Assembly: GCA_038821645.1 (NCBI GenBank)
Contig: JAWBDT010000003.1
Location: 68,402-132,401, forward strand
Reading direction: 5' to 3'
DNA from: Ignisphaera sp.
GTDB taxonomy: Archaea; Thermoproteota; Thermoprotei_A; Sulfolobales; Ignisphaeraceae
DNA: 64,000 bases
Positions 53,810-63,694 of this stretch are shown one piece after another. The position numbers and the translations under genes are program-made. The first letter of the stretch is position 1, and every line of letters starts with the position of its first letter. The notes beneath the pieces are model-generated. The model was not told where the DNA came from. It did no database searches and worked only from the letters and a program-made list of their open reading frames with translations.

Positions 53810-55210
53810 ATGAAATTGAAAAAGTTCACTATTGGAATAAGTAATCTAGAAGACCTCCTAGGCACAATAATTGCTCCATACACTATCCTTATTGCAGGTC
53901 ATCCTGGTTCTGGCAAAACAACGCTAGCAGCATCAGTATGTTATGCCAACGCGTTAAGAGGTCATAAATGTCTCTACTTGTCTCTCTATGAGGATAAGGA
54001 GAAGTTCTATAGATTCATGGATAAATTAGGTCTCAGGTTTACTGATGTTGAATCCAGAGGTCTATTCAAATATGTTAGCTTACCTTTAACATTAAATGTT
54101 AATGATATTGTTAACGCTATAGGTGAAGTTGTTTCAGAAGGTTATGATATTGTTGTTATAGATTCTGTAACGGCTTTGCTGGAATCTATAGAGGGGTCTG
54201 CTACAAAAAGAGCTTGGCTTCTCAATTACTTCTATCAACTCTCCAAGCTTATTAATGGTCTCTTAATACTTATTTCAGAACTTCCATACGGTGAAGAAAG
54301 ACTAGGTTTAGGATCAATAGAATTTATAACAGATTCTGTACTAATACTTAAACATAGAGTTGAAGAGAGATTCTTAGTAAGACTTCTAGAAATTAGAAAA
54401 ACTAGAGGAGCACCAATATATGTTGCAGAGATACCTTTCGCAATTGTTCAAGGTAGAGGTATAGAGATATTCACTCCACCACTACTAGAAAAAATTCCTG
54501 AACAAGGAGAAGAACTATCTCCACCTTGCAATGTGCATAAGGAGACCATAGGACATTTCCATCGAGGATTTCTAGTGAATGTATTCTATCCGTCAAACAC
54601 TATCTATGGTAAAGATGCTCTAATCTATGTACTAGCATTTGCTATAAAGAATTCAATGAAAATCCTTTTGATAAGCTATATATCACCACCTTCAACATTA
54701 ATTGAACTAATCTCAAGGACTCTAGAAAGATATGGAATAGATAATGAAAAAGCTTTAAAGATCATAGAGAAATACATCACAGTAAGAGCCATTAATCCCT
54801 ATGCATACAGCACTTCACAGTTAGTAGCACAAGAACTTTCACTAGTTAACGAATTTAAACCAGATATTGTTGTCTTTCATGGAGCTCATGTAATTAGATT
54901 AATTGCTTCAAATTATGCATCAATATTTCGTGAGGTATATAATGAGGTTATGTACCTTAAGTCAAGAGGTATAAACATTGTAAGGATAGGAAACCATATA
55001 GATGACTATACAACTAATGTTGAAGCCTCAATATCTGATGTAACTTTCAGATCTGTTCATGAATATCATGAAGATGATATCAAGACTAGAATATATGTGT
55101 TTAGAAGATATAGAGAACCTATCGTGTTTAGCCTTAGTGATTTTGTGAAGTGTCTAGAAGAATGTGTCAATATTATAAGAAGTGAAGCATTTAATTTACC
55201 CAATGAATAG
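53810..55210 (+). CDS. KaiC/RAD55-like RecA-fold ATPase with a degenerate second domain
   Basis: GHPGSGKT, VVIDS, IRKTRG in the N-domain; no Walker A in the C-domain. Confidence 0.8.
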   Translation: MKLKKFTIGISNLEDLLGTIIAPYTILIAGHPGSGKTTLAASVCYANALRGHKCLYLSLYEDKEKFYRFMDKLGLRFTDVESRGLFKYVSLPLTLNVNDIVNAIGEVVSEGYDIVVIDSVTALLESIEGSATKRAWLLNYFYQLSKLINGLLILISELPYGEERLGLGSIEFITDSVLILKHRVEERFLVRLLEIRKTRGAPIYVAEIPFAIVQGRGIEIFTPPLLEKIPEQGEELSPPCNVHKETIGHFHRGFLVNVFYPSNTIYGKDALIYVLAFAIKNSMKILLISYISPPSTLIELISRTLERYGIDNEKALKIIEKYITVRAINPYAYSTSQLVAQELSLVNEFKPDIVVFHGAHVIRLIASNYASIFREVYNEVMYLKSRGINIVRIGNHIDDYTTNVEASISDVTFRSVHEYHEDDIKTRIYVFRRYREPIVFSLSDFVKCLEECVNIIRSEAFNLPNE

Positions 55211-55366
55211 AGATCGACAGATGATTTCACAACACAATAAGTCTACACAATCTTTACCTCTATAGCTATTTAATCTAATAAATCATATCAGATTATATAC
55301 CTCATATCGCTTAACTTGTAGAATAGTTGATAACAGTAGTTTAAAGCAAACTGTATATGGTGCTAA

Positions 55367-56851
55367 TTGGTGACACACACCATTAAGATAACTTTGAACA
55401 AGTTTAAGAACTTTAGCGAATGGTTTGACTGGATAATATCTGAAGCAGAGATATATGACTATGGTCGTTATCCAGTTAAAGGTATGGGTATATGGCTTCC
55501 CTACGGTTTCAAGATAAGACAGAAGGTTATTGAGACTATAAGAAGTCTACTTGATGCTACTAACCATGAAGAGATTCTCCTTCCAATACTGATACCTGAA
55601 ACCATATTTAGGAAAGAAAGTGAACATGTTAGAGGATTTGAAGGTGAGGTGCTATGGGTTACCCATGGAGGTGTTGAAGAACTTGATGTAAAGCTAGTTC
55701 TAAGACCTACAAGCGAAACATCTTTAACATATATGGAGAGTTTCTGGATCAAAAGCTACAAACAGCTACCAAAGAAGTACTACCAGATAGTAAGTATATT
55801 TAGATATGAAACCAAGATGACAAGACCCATGATGAGGGTACGTGAAGTAACTACATTTAAAGAAGCTCATACAGTTCACGAAGATTTTGAAGATGCTGAA
55901 AGACAGGTTCTAGAAGCAATATCTATCTACAGTAAATTCTTTGATACACTAGCTATACCCTACATAGTCTCCCGTAGACCACAATGGGACAAATTTGCAG
56001 GAGCTCTTTACACAATTGCTTTCGATACTGTTTTCCCAGATGGAAAAGCCATACAGATAGGTACCGTTCATAATCTAGGTCAAACATTTTCATCTGTTTT
56101 TGATGTTAAGATACAGAAGCGTGATGAATCTATAGATTATGTGTGGCAAACAAGCTACGGTATATCAGAAAGAGTCATTGCATCTATAATAGCTATTCAT
56201 AGCGACGAGAAAGGATTAATATTACCACCAACTGTAGCTCCATGGCAAGTGGTTATCATACCTATTCAGCATGTTGATCAATATGTATACAAAAGAATCA
56301 TTGAATACTGCAACAATATTGAAGAAATGCTAAAGAAAGAAGGAGTAAGGGTCTATACAGATAGCAGAGTTGATGTAAAACCCTCTGAAAAGTTCTATGA
56401 ATGGGAACTAAAGGGGGTTCCAATTAGAGTTGAGATAGGGGCAAAAGAGGTTGAGAATAATACTGTAACAGTATTTAGAAGAGATGTTATGAAACGTACA
56501 AATGTAACTATAGATAAAATTGTTGAGAACATCAAAGAAACTCTCAACGATATACAGAAGAATTTGTATGAAAGAGCTTGGAAATGGATTAAAGACAATG
56601 TAAAGATTTTCAACAATATAGATGAAGCCATAGAACACATTAGAAGAGAAGGTGGACTAGCTTTTGTTCCATGGTGTGGATATGAGCCTTGTGTTCATAG
56701 CCGTATAGAAGGTATAGAGGGTATAGATGCTCTAGGTGAACCACTTTCAATAACTCTAAACATCCTAGGTATCGAGAGTATAAAGAACCTTAAATGTGGT
56801 TTTTGTGGTAGAGATGCTTATAGATACATGATCCTAGCAAAGAAATACTAA
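55367..56851 (+). CDS. proS: Prolyl-tRNA synthetase (archaeal/eukaryotic type)
   Basis: [48 protein letters not shown]-terminal Y. Confidence 0.96.
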   Translation: MVTHTIKITLNKFKNFSEWFDWIISEAEIYDYGRYPVKGMGIWLPYGFKIRQKVIETIRSLLDATNHEEILLPILIPETIFRKESEHVRGFEGEVLWVTHGGVEELDVKLVLRPTSETSLTYMESFWIKSYKQLPKKYYQIVSIFRYETKMTRPMMRVREVTTFKEAHTVHEDFEDAERQVLEAISIYSKFFDTLAIPYIVSRRPQWDKFAGALYTIAFDTVFPDGKAIQIGTVHNLGQTFSSVFDVKIQKRDESIDYVWQTSYGISERVIASIIAIHSDEKGLILPPTVAPWQVVIIPIQHVDQYVYKRIIEYCNNIEEMLKKEGVRVYTDSRVDVKPSEKFYEWELKGVPIRVEIGAKEVENNTVTVFRRDVMKRTNVTIDKIVENIKETLNDIQKNLYERAWKWIKDNVKIFNNIDEAIEHIRREGGLAFVPWCGYEPCVHSRIEGIEGIDALGEPLSITLNILGIESIKNLKCGFCGRDAYRYMILAKKY

Positions 56852-56918
56852 AATATATATACTTGAGCTACTAAAGGTTAAGATTGGAAGAGATATAAGA
56901 GCAGTAGGGTGAAAATTC

Positions 56919-57212
56919 ATGCCCAAGAAAAGAGAAAATAGAGGTAGAAGGAAGGGAGATAAAGGATCAGTAACAAGAGTACATTGTGATAATTGTGGAG
57001 CACTTGTTCCAGAAGATAAGATTGTATGTGTAACTAGGATGTATTCTCCTGTAGATCCACAATTAGCAGAAGAACTTGAAAAGAAAGGAGCAATAATAAT
57101 GAGGTATCCTGTTACAAAATGTTATTGCATCAATTGTGCTATATTCTATGGTGTTATAAAAGTTAGAGCAGAAGATGAAAGAACTAAGCGAACAGTTCTA
57201 CAGAAGCTCTAG
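56919..57212 (+). CDS. rps26e: 30S ribosomal protein S26e
   Basis: MPKKRENRGRRKG, CDNCG.LVP.DK, YCINCA. Confidence 0.95.
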   Translation: MPKKRENRGRRKGDKGSVTRVHCDNCGALVPEDKIVCVTRMYSPVDPQLAEELEKKGAIIMRYPVTKCYCINCAIFYGVIKVRAEDERTKRTVLQKL

Positions 57213-57219
57213 ATAGATA

Positions 57220-57795
57220 CTACCTAATGTTTCTATAAATATATACAATTCTTTGCACAATAGTTAAGCTACACAATAAAATCAACACAATAAGCACTAT
57301 GTTCGCCAGCTGTAGATAACCTAGAGCAATAAAGACTCCAGCTACCATTACGAGGATAACTCTTTCACCTCGTTCCATTAGACCTACACCTTCCATAAAT
57401 ACTCCCTGTTTCTCTCCTAGGGCCCTCAAATAGCTTATCAAAAATGATAACACAATTGAAATCGTTATCACAATTCTACTTACTCCTAGAATTTCCAGTG
57501 ACGTCATGTACATCACTTCTTCAATTCTATCACTAAATGAATCCAAAATAGAACCAAACTTTGATACCTTCTGTGAAACTCTTGCAACAGCTCCATCAAG
57601 TACATCCATAAAGGATGAAACTACCAAACATATTAAAAAGATGTATATATTACCTTTAAGTGCTGCAAAAGGACATAAGAATGAGATAATTAGACCAGAT
57701 AACGTTATCGCATTTGGTGTCATCCCTAATTCAGAAACATTTTTGGCAAACCCTTCAATAATTTTTGATACGGATCTCCTAAATCTAGTTAGCAT
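57220..57795 (-). CDS. CDP-alcohol phosphatidyltransferase (archaetidylinositol phosphate synthase-like)
   Basis: TPN.IT, D..DG.VAR...S.FG..LDS..DR, SYLRA, ERGER. Confidence 0.88.
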   Translation of the reverse strand: MLTRFRRSVSKIIEGFAKNVSELGMTPNAITLSGLIISFLCPFAALKGNIYIFLICLVVSSFMDVLDGAVARVSQKVSKFGSILDSFSDRIEEVMYMTSLEILGVSRIVITISIVLSFLISYLRALGEKQGVFMEGVGLMERGERVILVMVAGVFIALGYLQLANIVLIVLILLCSLTIVQRIVYIYRNIR

Positions 57796-57871
57796 TTCAG
57801 TAAAACACCTTCAGAATTCTGTGATATATGAATAAGTATATTAGTCTTGATAGTTTCACATAACTGCTTCG

Positions 57872-57918
57872 GTGAAGAAGAATCCGGGATCTGAATAGTG
57901 ATGAAGTTTTACAGCTGA
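57872..57918 (+). ncRNA. C/D box sRNA candidate
   Basis: GTGAAGA (C) - 12 nt - CTGA (D') - GTGATGA (C') - 10 nt - CTGA (D), intergenic. Confidence 0.75.
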
Positions 57919-57928
57919 TTAAGTTTAT

Positions 57929-58615
57929 ATGTCTACACAAAGCTTCTATTCCTGGTACCACACTCAGGTGGTGCTAATAGAAGTCAACAAGCAGATTAGA
58001 GATGTTTATGTTGTTGTATATGATCCGAAAAAGTTCATTAAGGTACTCGAGATACTTGATAAATATGGTATTAAGGTTAGAGGTGTTGATGTCAATACGA
58101 AATCTATCCACGGCATTATTATAGTAGATGATGGGGGACGTCAATACCTAGCATCAAATAGTGTAGATGTGTATGGATACATCATCGATATCGATGAATG
58201 GGGATTTGAGAAAGGTCTAGCATCAGCAATAGTTTTTGCAAAAACATCCATAATTAGACCTTTAATGAATATCATAGTTGGTATTGATTATGGAAAGAGC
58301 ATAGGTATCGCGATTATTGTTAATAGCGATATAGTGTACACAAATAGCTACAGATCTAAGGAAAATGCACTAAAAGACATAAAGTTCTTCATAGAGAATG
58401 TAGATACACAAATAAAGATCATAAGGATAGGTATAGCCTCAAATCTCGAGGATGCCTTTATCGATACACTTATCGACACATTTAGGGATATAGCTAGCAT
58501 TGAGCTTGTTCCAGAACACAAGAGTTCAAAACTTAGACACTTCATTGATCGCCAAAGGTTGAAGGCAGACGAAGTTGCCGCTATTAATATAGCTCTATAT
58601 AGGGGTAACAGCTAA
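57929..58615 (+). CDS. Conserved protein with a C-terminal RNase H-fold (YqgF/RuvC-like) domain
   Basis: VGIDYGKSIGIA, IRIG, VPEHKSS, DEVAAINIA; true start probably near 57968. Confidence 0.6.
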   Translation: MSTQSFYSWYHTQVVLIEVNKQIRDVYVVVYDPKKFIKVLEILDKYGIKVRGVDVNTKSIHGIIIVDDGGRQYLASNSVDVYGYIIDIDEWGFEKGLASAIVFAKTSIIRPLMNIIVGIDYGKSIGIAIIVNSDIVYTNSYRSKENALKDIKFFIENVDTQIKIIRIGIASNLEDAFIDTLIDTFRDIASIELVPEHKSSKLRHFIDRQRLKADEVAAINIALYRGNS

Positions 58616-58654
58616 AATCTCTAACTTCTCTCTAGAGCTATAGGCTAGATCTGT

Positions 58655-59965
58655 ATGAATCTACCGATACAACCATTATCTCTACAGACACGAATAGAGC
58701 TAGAGAAGAATTCTCTTATTAGAGTGATAGGCCCAGCGAAATTGAGTGTGCTAGAAGGTGTTGTAAGGATACTTGGTCTAAATATATCCAGAGGAGAGTC
58801 TATAGTGATTAGTAGGTATAGGAGCTATTGTGTAAGAGCTGTAACAGATTCTATTCTAAACATTTCACTTGGTGAAGGAGGAAGCATAGAGAAACCCAAA
58901 CTTGGTGAAGAGGTAATAGATGAATGGGAAAGTACTGCAAAAATTGTTGCTGAAAAAGGTGGTATAGCTGTTATTGTGGGAGCTGTAGAAAGTGGTAAAA
59001 CATCTTTCTCAACACTTTTGTCTAATATTGCTCTAGATCTTGGCTTAAAGCCTTGTATTATTGATGCAGATATTGGTCAAGGTGATCTAGCTCCACCAAC
59101 ATTTATAGGTATGAAGTGTATGGATAGAAAAGTTTTGTGGTTACGTGAGGAGAGATGCAGCTCTATGAGGTTTGTAGGCTATTTATCGCCATCGAATCCC
59201 TTAGCTATGGCTAGAGTAATCACATCTGTGATAGACTTGGTTTCTGAAGCTAAGGATCTAAACAGAGATCCAATAATAGTTAATACTGATGGTTGGCTTG
59301 GTGATGTTTCTTCGATAGAGTATAAGTACACGTTGATAAAGTCTTTAAAGTCCAATACAGTTGTTGTCTTAGGTCAAGAGTTTTGTAGCGTATTTCAATC
59401 AGCATTCAGAAACACATCTATAGAAGTCTACTGCGTACCTAGACCCAAGGTAGTTAAAGAAAGAGATAGAGAAGATAGAAGAGATCTAAGGAAATATAAC
59501 TATCAATCATGGTTCAATAATGCTAAGAGAATCTGTTTAGACATGAACTCTATAGCTGTGATAGGCTTGTGTTTGCTCAACGGTGTACCTTCGAATAGTG
59601 ATGAATTATTAGAGCTTAAGAAGATGTTGGGTATAGAGGTTCTCCATATAGCTAGATATACTGATGTAGATATTATTGCTGTTCCTGATGAGATTCTTGT
59701 ATCTAGAGAAGTACTTGAACGGATATCTTCTGGACGCAGGGTTTTTATCGTTAAACCTTCTAGCGCTAAAGGTCTCATAGCAGCTGTCACAGATAAGAAT
59801 TTGCGTGAACGAGGAGTAGCTATAGTGGATGACATAAACTTTATTGAAAAGAAAATATGTGTATTGACTGATTACATGGGTGAAATAGGGGGCGTAATCG
59901 TGGGTAAAGTTAAAATAGATGAACAGTGGGACGATAGTATTCGGTTCAGTAAATGTATAGCGTGA
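58655..59965 (+). CDS. Clp1/Grc3/Nol9-family polynucleotide 5'-OH kinase
   Basis: GAVESGKTS, DADIGQGD..PP, INTDGW-type Walker B (VNTDGW), R.REDRR.LR lid. Confidence 0.88.
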   Translation: MNLPIQPLSLQTRIELEKNSLIRVIGPAKLSVLEGVVRILGLNISRGESIVISRYRSYCVRAVTDSILNISLGEGGSIEKPKLGEEVIDEWESTAKIVAEKGGIAVIVGAVESGKTSFSTLLSNIALDLGLKPCIIDADIGQGDLAPPTFIGMKCMDRKVLWLREERCSSMRFVGYLSPSNPLAMARVITSVIDLVSEAKDLNRDPIIVNTDGWLGDVSSIEYKYTLIKSLKSNTVVVLGQEFCSVFQSAFRNTSIEVYCVPRPKVVKERDREDRRDLRKYNYQSWFNNAKRICLDMNSIAVIGLCLLNGVPSNSDELLELKKMLGIEVLHIARYTDVDIIAVPDEILVSREVLERISSGRRVFIVKPSSAKGLIAAVTDKNLRERGVAIVDDINFIEKKICVLTDYMGEIGGVIVGKVKIDEQWDDSIRFSKCIA

Positions 59966-59971
59966 TTATAC

Positions 59972-61246
59972 ATGAGTTTAAAGAACTTTTGTGAATTAAC
60001 AAAAGATGAAATAGTGTATATAGAACAGCCTCTAAAACGTGAATTAGAGCCTACTAAATATCTTGCCAAATATGATAATGAACAAATGATGGTTTTATTC
60101 AGAATTGAAAACAGTCCTTTTAAATGTATAGGTAACGTTCTCAATAGCAGAAAGAGACTCTATAAGTATGTTCTAGGTGTGGAAACTGATGAAGATGCCT
60201 ATCGAAGGGTATTATCATTAAGTCCTAGCAAACCTAAAGAAGTAAGCTTTGAACATAACTACAGAATGATGCCCAATGTCGATCTCGCATCTATACCGTT
60301 CATAAAGTTCTACCCAATGGATGGAGGATTCTACCTGTCATCATCTATATACATAGCCTGTTTAGATGGGATGTGCAATGCATCTATACATAGAACAATG
60401 ATCGTGACTAAAGATAGTGTTGTAGCTAGAATTGTGCCTAGACACTTGAGATATATATACGATTCTTATAGGAAAAGAGGTAAAGATGAGGTTCCTATAG
60501 CTATTGTTGTGGGAGTACATCCTGCAGTTCTTCTAGCTTCAGCACTTTCACCCCCTTTTGGCGTTTTTGAGCTAGAGCTTGTCCGGAATCTTGAGAATAG
60601 TTTCAGTATATCGTACACACCTCTCTATAATCTGCCTGTTCCAGCTAATGCAGCAGTAGTTCTTGAGGGTAGAATAACGAGTCAGTTAGTTGATGAAGGT
60701 CCTTTTGTTGATTTACTGCATCTATATGATGCTGTACGTAAAGAGCATTTGATCCGAATAGATCGTGTATATATTAATCCTGAAGAATATTTCAATGTAA
60801 TATTACCAGCCGGGAAGGAGCACAAAATTCTGCAGAGTTTCTATAGAGAAGCACTAATATGGAGTTATGTTTCACATGTTGTCCCTAAGGTCCATAAGGT
60901 TAGACTTCTCGAAGCTTCGGGCTCATGGTTACTAGCAGCTATATCGATAGACAAAGCTCATGATGCTGATGCAAAAAACGCTATATTAGCAGCATTTGCA
61001 GCTAATCCAAGTCTAAAGATGGTGATGGCTGTGGATGGCGATATCGATGTAGATTCATATGATATGATTCTATGGGCTTTATCCACAAGATTCAGAGGAA
61101 GAGATAGCATGATCATTATAGATAAAGCTAGATGCTCTACACTAGATCCAAGCTCTAGTACAGGTTTATGTGATAAGGTTGGATTTGATTTAACTATACC
61201 TCTCAATGAGAATAAACTTAAATACATGTTTGTAAAGCCTGGATGA
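59972..61246 (+). CDS. UbiD-family decarboxylase, likely trans-anhydromevalonate 5-phosphate decarboxylase
   Basis: DGG.Y, NASIHR, RHL, EGPFVD, EH; adjacent to the AcnX subunits. Confidence 0.85.
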   Translation: MSLKNFCELTKDEIVYIEQPLKRELEPTKYLAKYDNEQMMVLFRIENSPFKCIGNVLNSRKRLYKYVLGVETDEDAYRRVLSLSPSKPKEVSFEHNYRMMPNVDLASIPFIKFYPMDGGFYLSSSIYIACLDGMCNASIHRTMIVTKDSVVARIVPRHLRYIYDSYRKRGKDEVPIAIVVGVHPAVLLASALSPPFGVFELELVRNLENSFSISYTPLYNLPVPANAAVVLEGRITSQLVDEGPFVDLLHLYDAVRKEHLIRIDRVYINPEEYFNVILPAGKEHKILQSFYREALIWSYVSHVVPKVHKVRLLEASGSWLLAAISIDKAHDADAKNAILAAFAANPSLKMVMAVDGDIDVDSYDMILWALSTRFRGRDSMIIIDKARCSTLDPSSSTGLCDKVGFDLTIPLNENKLKYMFVKPG

Positions 61247-61249
61247 ACT

Positions 61250-62413
61250 ATGTATTTAAGTAAGTGGGAAGAAAAAGCATTACAAGGCGAGTTTGGAGAA
61301 GCTCTTCAACTATCTATGAATGTTCTCGTAAAAGTCTGCAGAGCTCTTAAAGCTGAAAAACTTGTTGAAATTTCTCATGCACATGTTTCAGGTGTATCGT
61401 ATTTCAATATAGGTGATGAAGGAATAGAATTTCTAGAAGACCTTGTGAAGAAAGGGGCAAAAACATCTATCTACACCACAGCTAACCCTGCCTCTATAGC
61501 TTTTCTCGATAAATTTAGAGATTCATATAGTTCAGAAATAATAGTTAAACAGAGAAAAATCATAGATATCTTGATGTCTATTGGTATAGATAGAAAGAGC
61601 TTTACTTGTATACCATATAAATTGAGGATGCCTGTACTTGGTGAGCATTTAGCATGGGCCGAATCAAGTGCGGTCATCTATGCAAACTCTATTTTGGGAG
61701 CTAAAACGAATAGAGAGGGTGGTATAACAGCACTTATGGCAGCTATAGCCGGAAGAACATGCTTCAGCGGTATGCACTTAGATGAGAATAGATGTCCCAC
61801 AGAAACTATAGTGATAGATTTTCCAATAAGGTCTATAGCTGAAGCTTCTGCCACAGGATTATACATAGGGAATGCAGTAAGAGGTATTCCTTACATAAAA
61901 ATGAAGATGTATATCGATGAAAAACTAAAGAATGTAGCATTAAGATCTTTTTTAGCCTCACTAGCATCTACCTCAAGTTGTCCTTTAGTACTAATAGAAG
62001 GTGTTTCTCCTGAAGCACAAAAGTATGTGGATAAACATAGTTCTTTGGAAAAAATCTCTATAGATTTTAAGGATGTCCAAACATTCTTTGACTCCATGTG
62101 TTCACCAATTCTCTACCTAGGATGCCCGCATATAGATATAGATGAATTAGAATTAATTTTGAGGAACTCTATAGAAGTATTGAAGATATTGAAAATAGAA
62201 AAACTGTATGTCTCTGTACCTATGTATGAACAAGAGAAGATCCTTAAGTATATTGGTTCTTTAGAAGGAATTGAGATTGTTTATCTCCCTGGTGCATGTC
62301 CTGTGGTATCTGATTTAAAGAATTTAAAGGCAATGTCAACTGTTCATGGAAAAGCGCGACACTATATACCTAAAACAGCTGGTGCTTCAGCATGTTTAGT
62401 AGATATTGTATGA
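61250..62413 (+). CDS. Aconitase X large subunit (phosphomevalonate dehydratase L)
   Basis: AHVSGVSY, TCIPY, AWAESSAV.YANS..GA.TNRE, GCPH, GAC. Confidence 0.88.
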   Translation: MYLSKWEEKALQGEFGEALQLSMNVLVKVCRALKAEKLVEISHAHVSGVSYFNIGDEGIEFLEDLVKKGAKTSIYTTANPASIAFLDKFRDSYSSEIIVKQRKIIDILMSIGIDRKSFTCIPYKLRMPVLGEHLAWAESSAVIYANSILGAKTNREGGITALMAAIAGRTCFSGMHLDENRCPTETIVIDFPIRSIAEASATGLYIGNAVRGIPYIKMKMYIDEKLKNVALRSFLASLASTSSCPLVLIEGVSPEAQKYVDKHSSLEKISIDFKDVQTFFDSMCSPILYLGCPHIDIDELELILRNSIEVLKILKIEKLYVSVPMYEQEKILKYIGSLEGIEIVYLPGACPVVSDLKNLKAMSTVHGKARHYIPKTAGASACLVDIV

Positions 62414-62823
62414 AGTTAGAGAATGATATCATGAACACTATCGAAGGTGAAGTTGTAAAGGTTTCTGTAATATCGTTTCTAGGTGATATTGATAGAGAGA
62501 AAGGAACCATAATATCTAAAGATAGTGGCTGTTTTGGTTGTAGCATGAAGAACAAGATTCTGGTTGTTGAAAGGTTTAGAGGTAGTACTGTAGGAACCTA
62601 TGTACTCTATTCATTATGTAGAAAAGGTTTAGCACCAAAGGCTATAATATCAATTGAGCCCGATCCTGTTGTAGTTGCTGGTGCAGCTCTTTGTGGAATT
62701 CCATTAATTTACGGTATCTCAGAAAGCTTTCTTTCCTCTATTTCTACAGGTGATAAAATAAGAATTGAAATAGATAAAGGTGCAAATGAGGTATGTATAG
62801 TAGTAGAAAAGGACTTTTTGTAG
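62410..62823 (+). CDS. Aconitase X swivel/small subunit (phosphomevalonate dehydratase S)
   Basis: ISFLGDID, RGSTVG.Y, APKAII; ATGA overlap with the large-subunit stop. Confidence 0.85.
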   Translation: MKLENDIMNTIEGEVVKVSVISFLGDIDREKGTIISKDSGCFGCSMKNKILVVERFRGSTVGTYVLYSLCRKGLAPKAIISIEPDPVVVAGAALCGIPLIYGISESFLSSISTGDKIRIEIDKGANEVCIVVEKDFL

Positions 62824-63410
62824 TTATAGAAGGAATAGATGGATCGGGAAAAACAACTATAGCTAAAAAACTTGTTGAAAAACTTAAATCTATGGGCTAT
62901 AAAGCTGAATATACATATGAACCATTTGCATCACCTTTTTCACAAGCTCTTAAACAATACATTGATACATATGGAGGTGCAGAACCAGAAATAGAGACTC
63001 TCGCAATGGCTCTAGACAGGCTGTATCACATTAGAAAGGTTGTGCTACCTCTTCTTAACGAAGGATTTATCGTTATTAGTGATAGATATTTGTATTCGTC
63101 TATAGCTTATCAAGGTGCTCGTGGAATTGATCTAGATTGGATATACATAGTCAATAGATACGCTATAGAACCTGATGTAGCGATATACTTGAGGGTACCA
63201 TTTGACATAGCTTTAGAGAGAAAAAAACAAAAAGAATCTAAATGGAGCTATTTTGAAGATATAGATCGGTTAAAGAAAGCTCAAGATATATATGAGAAGC
63301 TTGTATTATTGAACAAATTGGTACCTGTAGACGCTTCACGCAAAGTCGATGATGTAATAAATGAGTGCTTAAACATCATTTTCGATTATCTCGGTAAAAG
63401 AAAACATTGA
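62793..63410 (+). CDS. tmk: Thymidylate kinase
   Basis: IEGIDGSGKTT, EP, DR..H, SDRYLYSSIAYQG. Confidence 0.95.
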   Translation: MYSSRKGLFVVIEGIDGSGKTTIAKKLVEKLKSMGYKAEYTYEPFASPFSQALKQYIDTYGGAEPEIETLAMALDRLYHIRKVVLPLLNEGFIVISDRYLYSSIAYQGARGIDLDWIYIVNRYAIEPDVAIYLRVPFDIALERKKQKESKWSYFEDIDRLKKAQDIYEKLVLLNKLVPVDASRKVDDVINECLNIIFDYLGKRKH

Positions 63411-63451
63411 ACCTAAAAAACCTTATATATCTTGGGAAACACTAAAGTATC

Positions 63452-63503
63452 ATGATGAATGAGATCTCCGATACTGAAAAATGATGAAGCCCCGCAGTGA
63501 TGA
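63452..63503 (+). ncRNA. C/D box sRNA candidate with a degenerate D box
   Basis: ATGATGA - 15 nt - CTGA - ATGATGA - guide - GTGA/ATGA; BRE/TATA AAAAACCTTATATAT at 63416-63430 with no ORF downstream. Confidence 0.6.
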
Positions 63504-63573
63504 ATAGTAAAGATAATGGCAAGAGTAATTGTGGTAAAACTCAATACATCTATAAATCTATAGAATCATCAAT

Positions 63574-63585
63574 AAAACTTATAAT
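63574..63585 (+). promoter_or_regulatory. BRE/TATA promoter of tRNA-Ala
   Basis: AAAACTTATAAT about 33 nt upstream of the mature tRNA 5' end. Confidence 0.55.
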
Positions 63586-63618
63586 CCTCCCATAATTCAG
63601 TATAGCAATATTTGTGGT

Positions 63619-63694
<76 letters not shown>

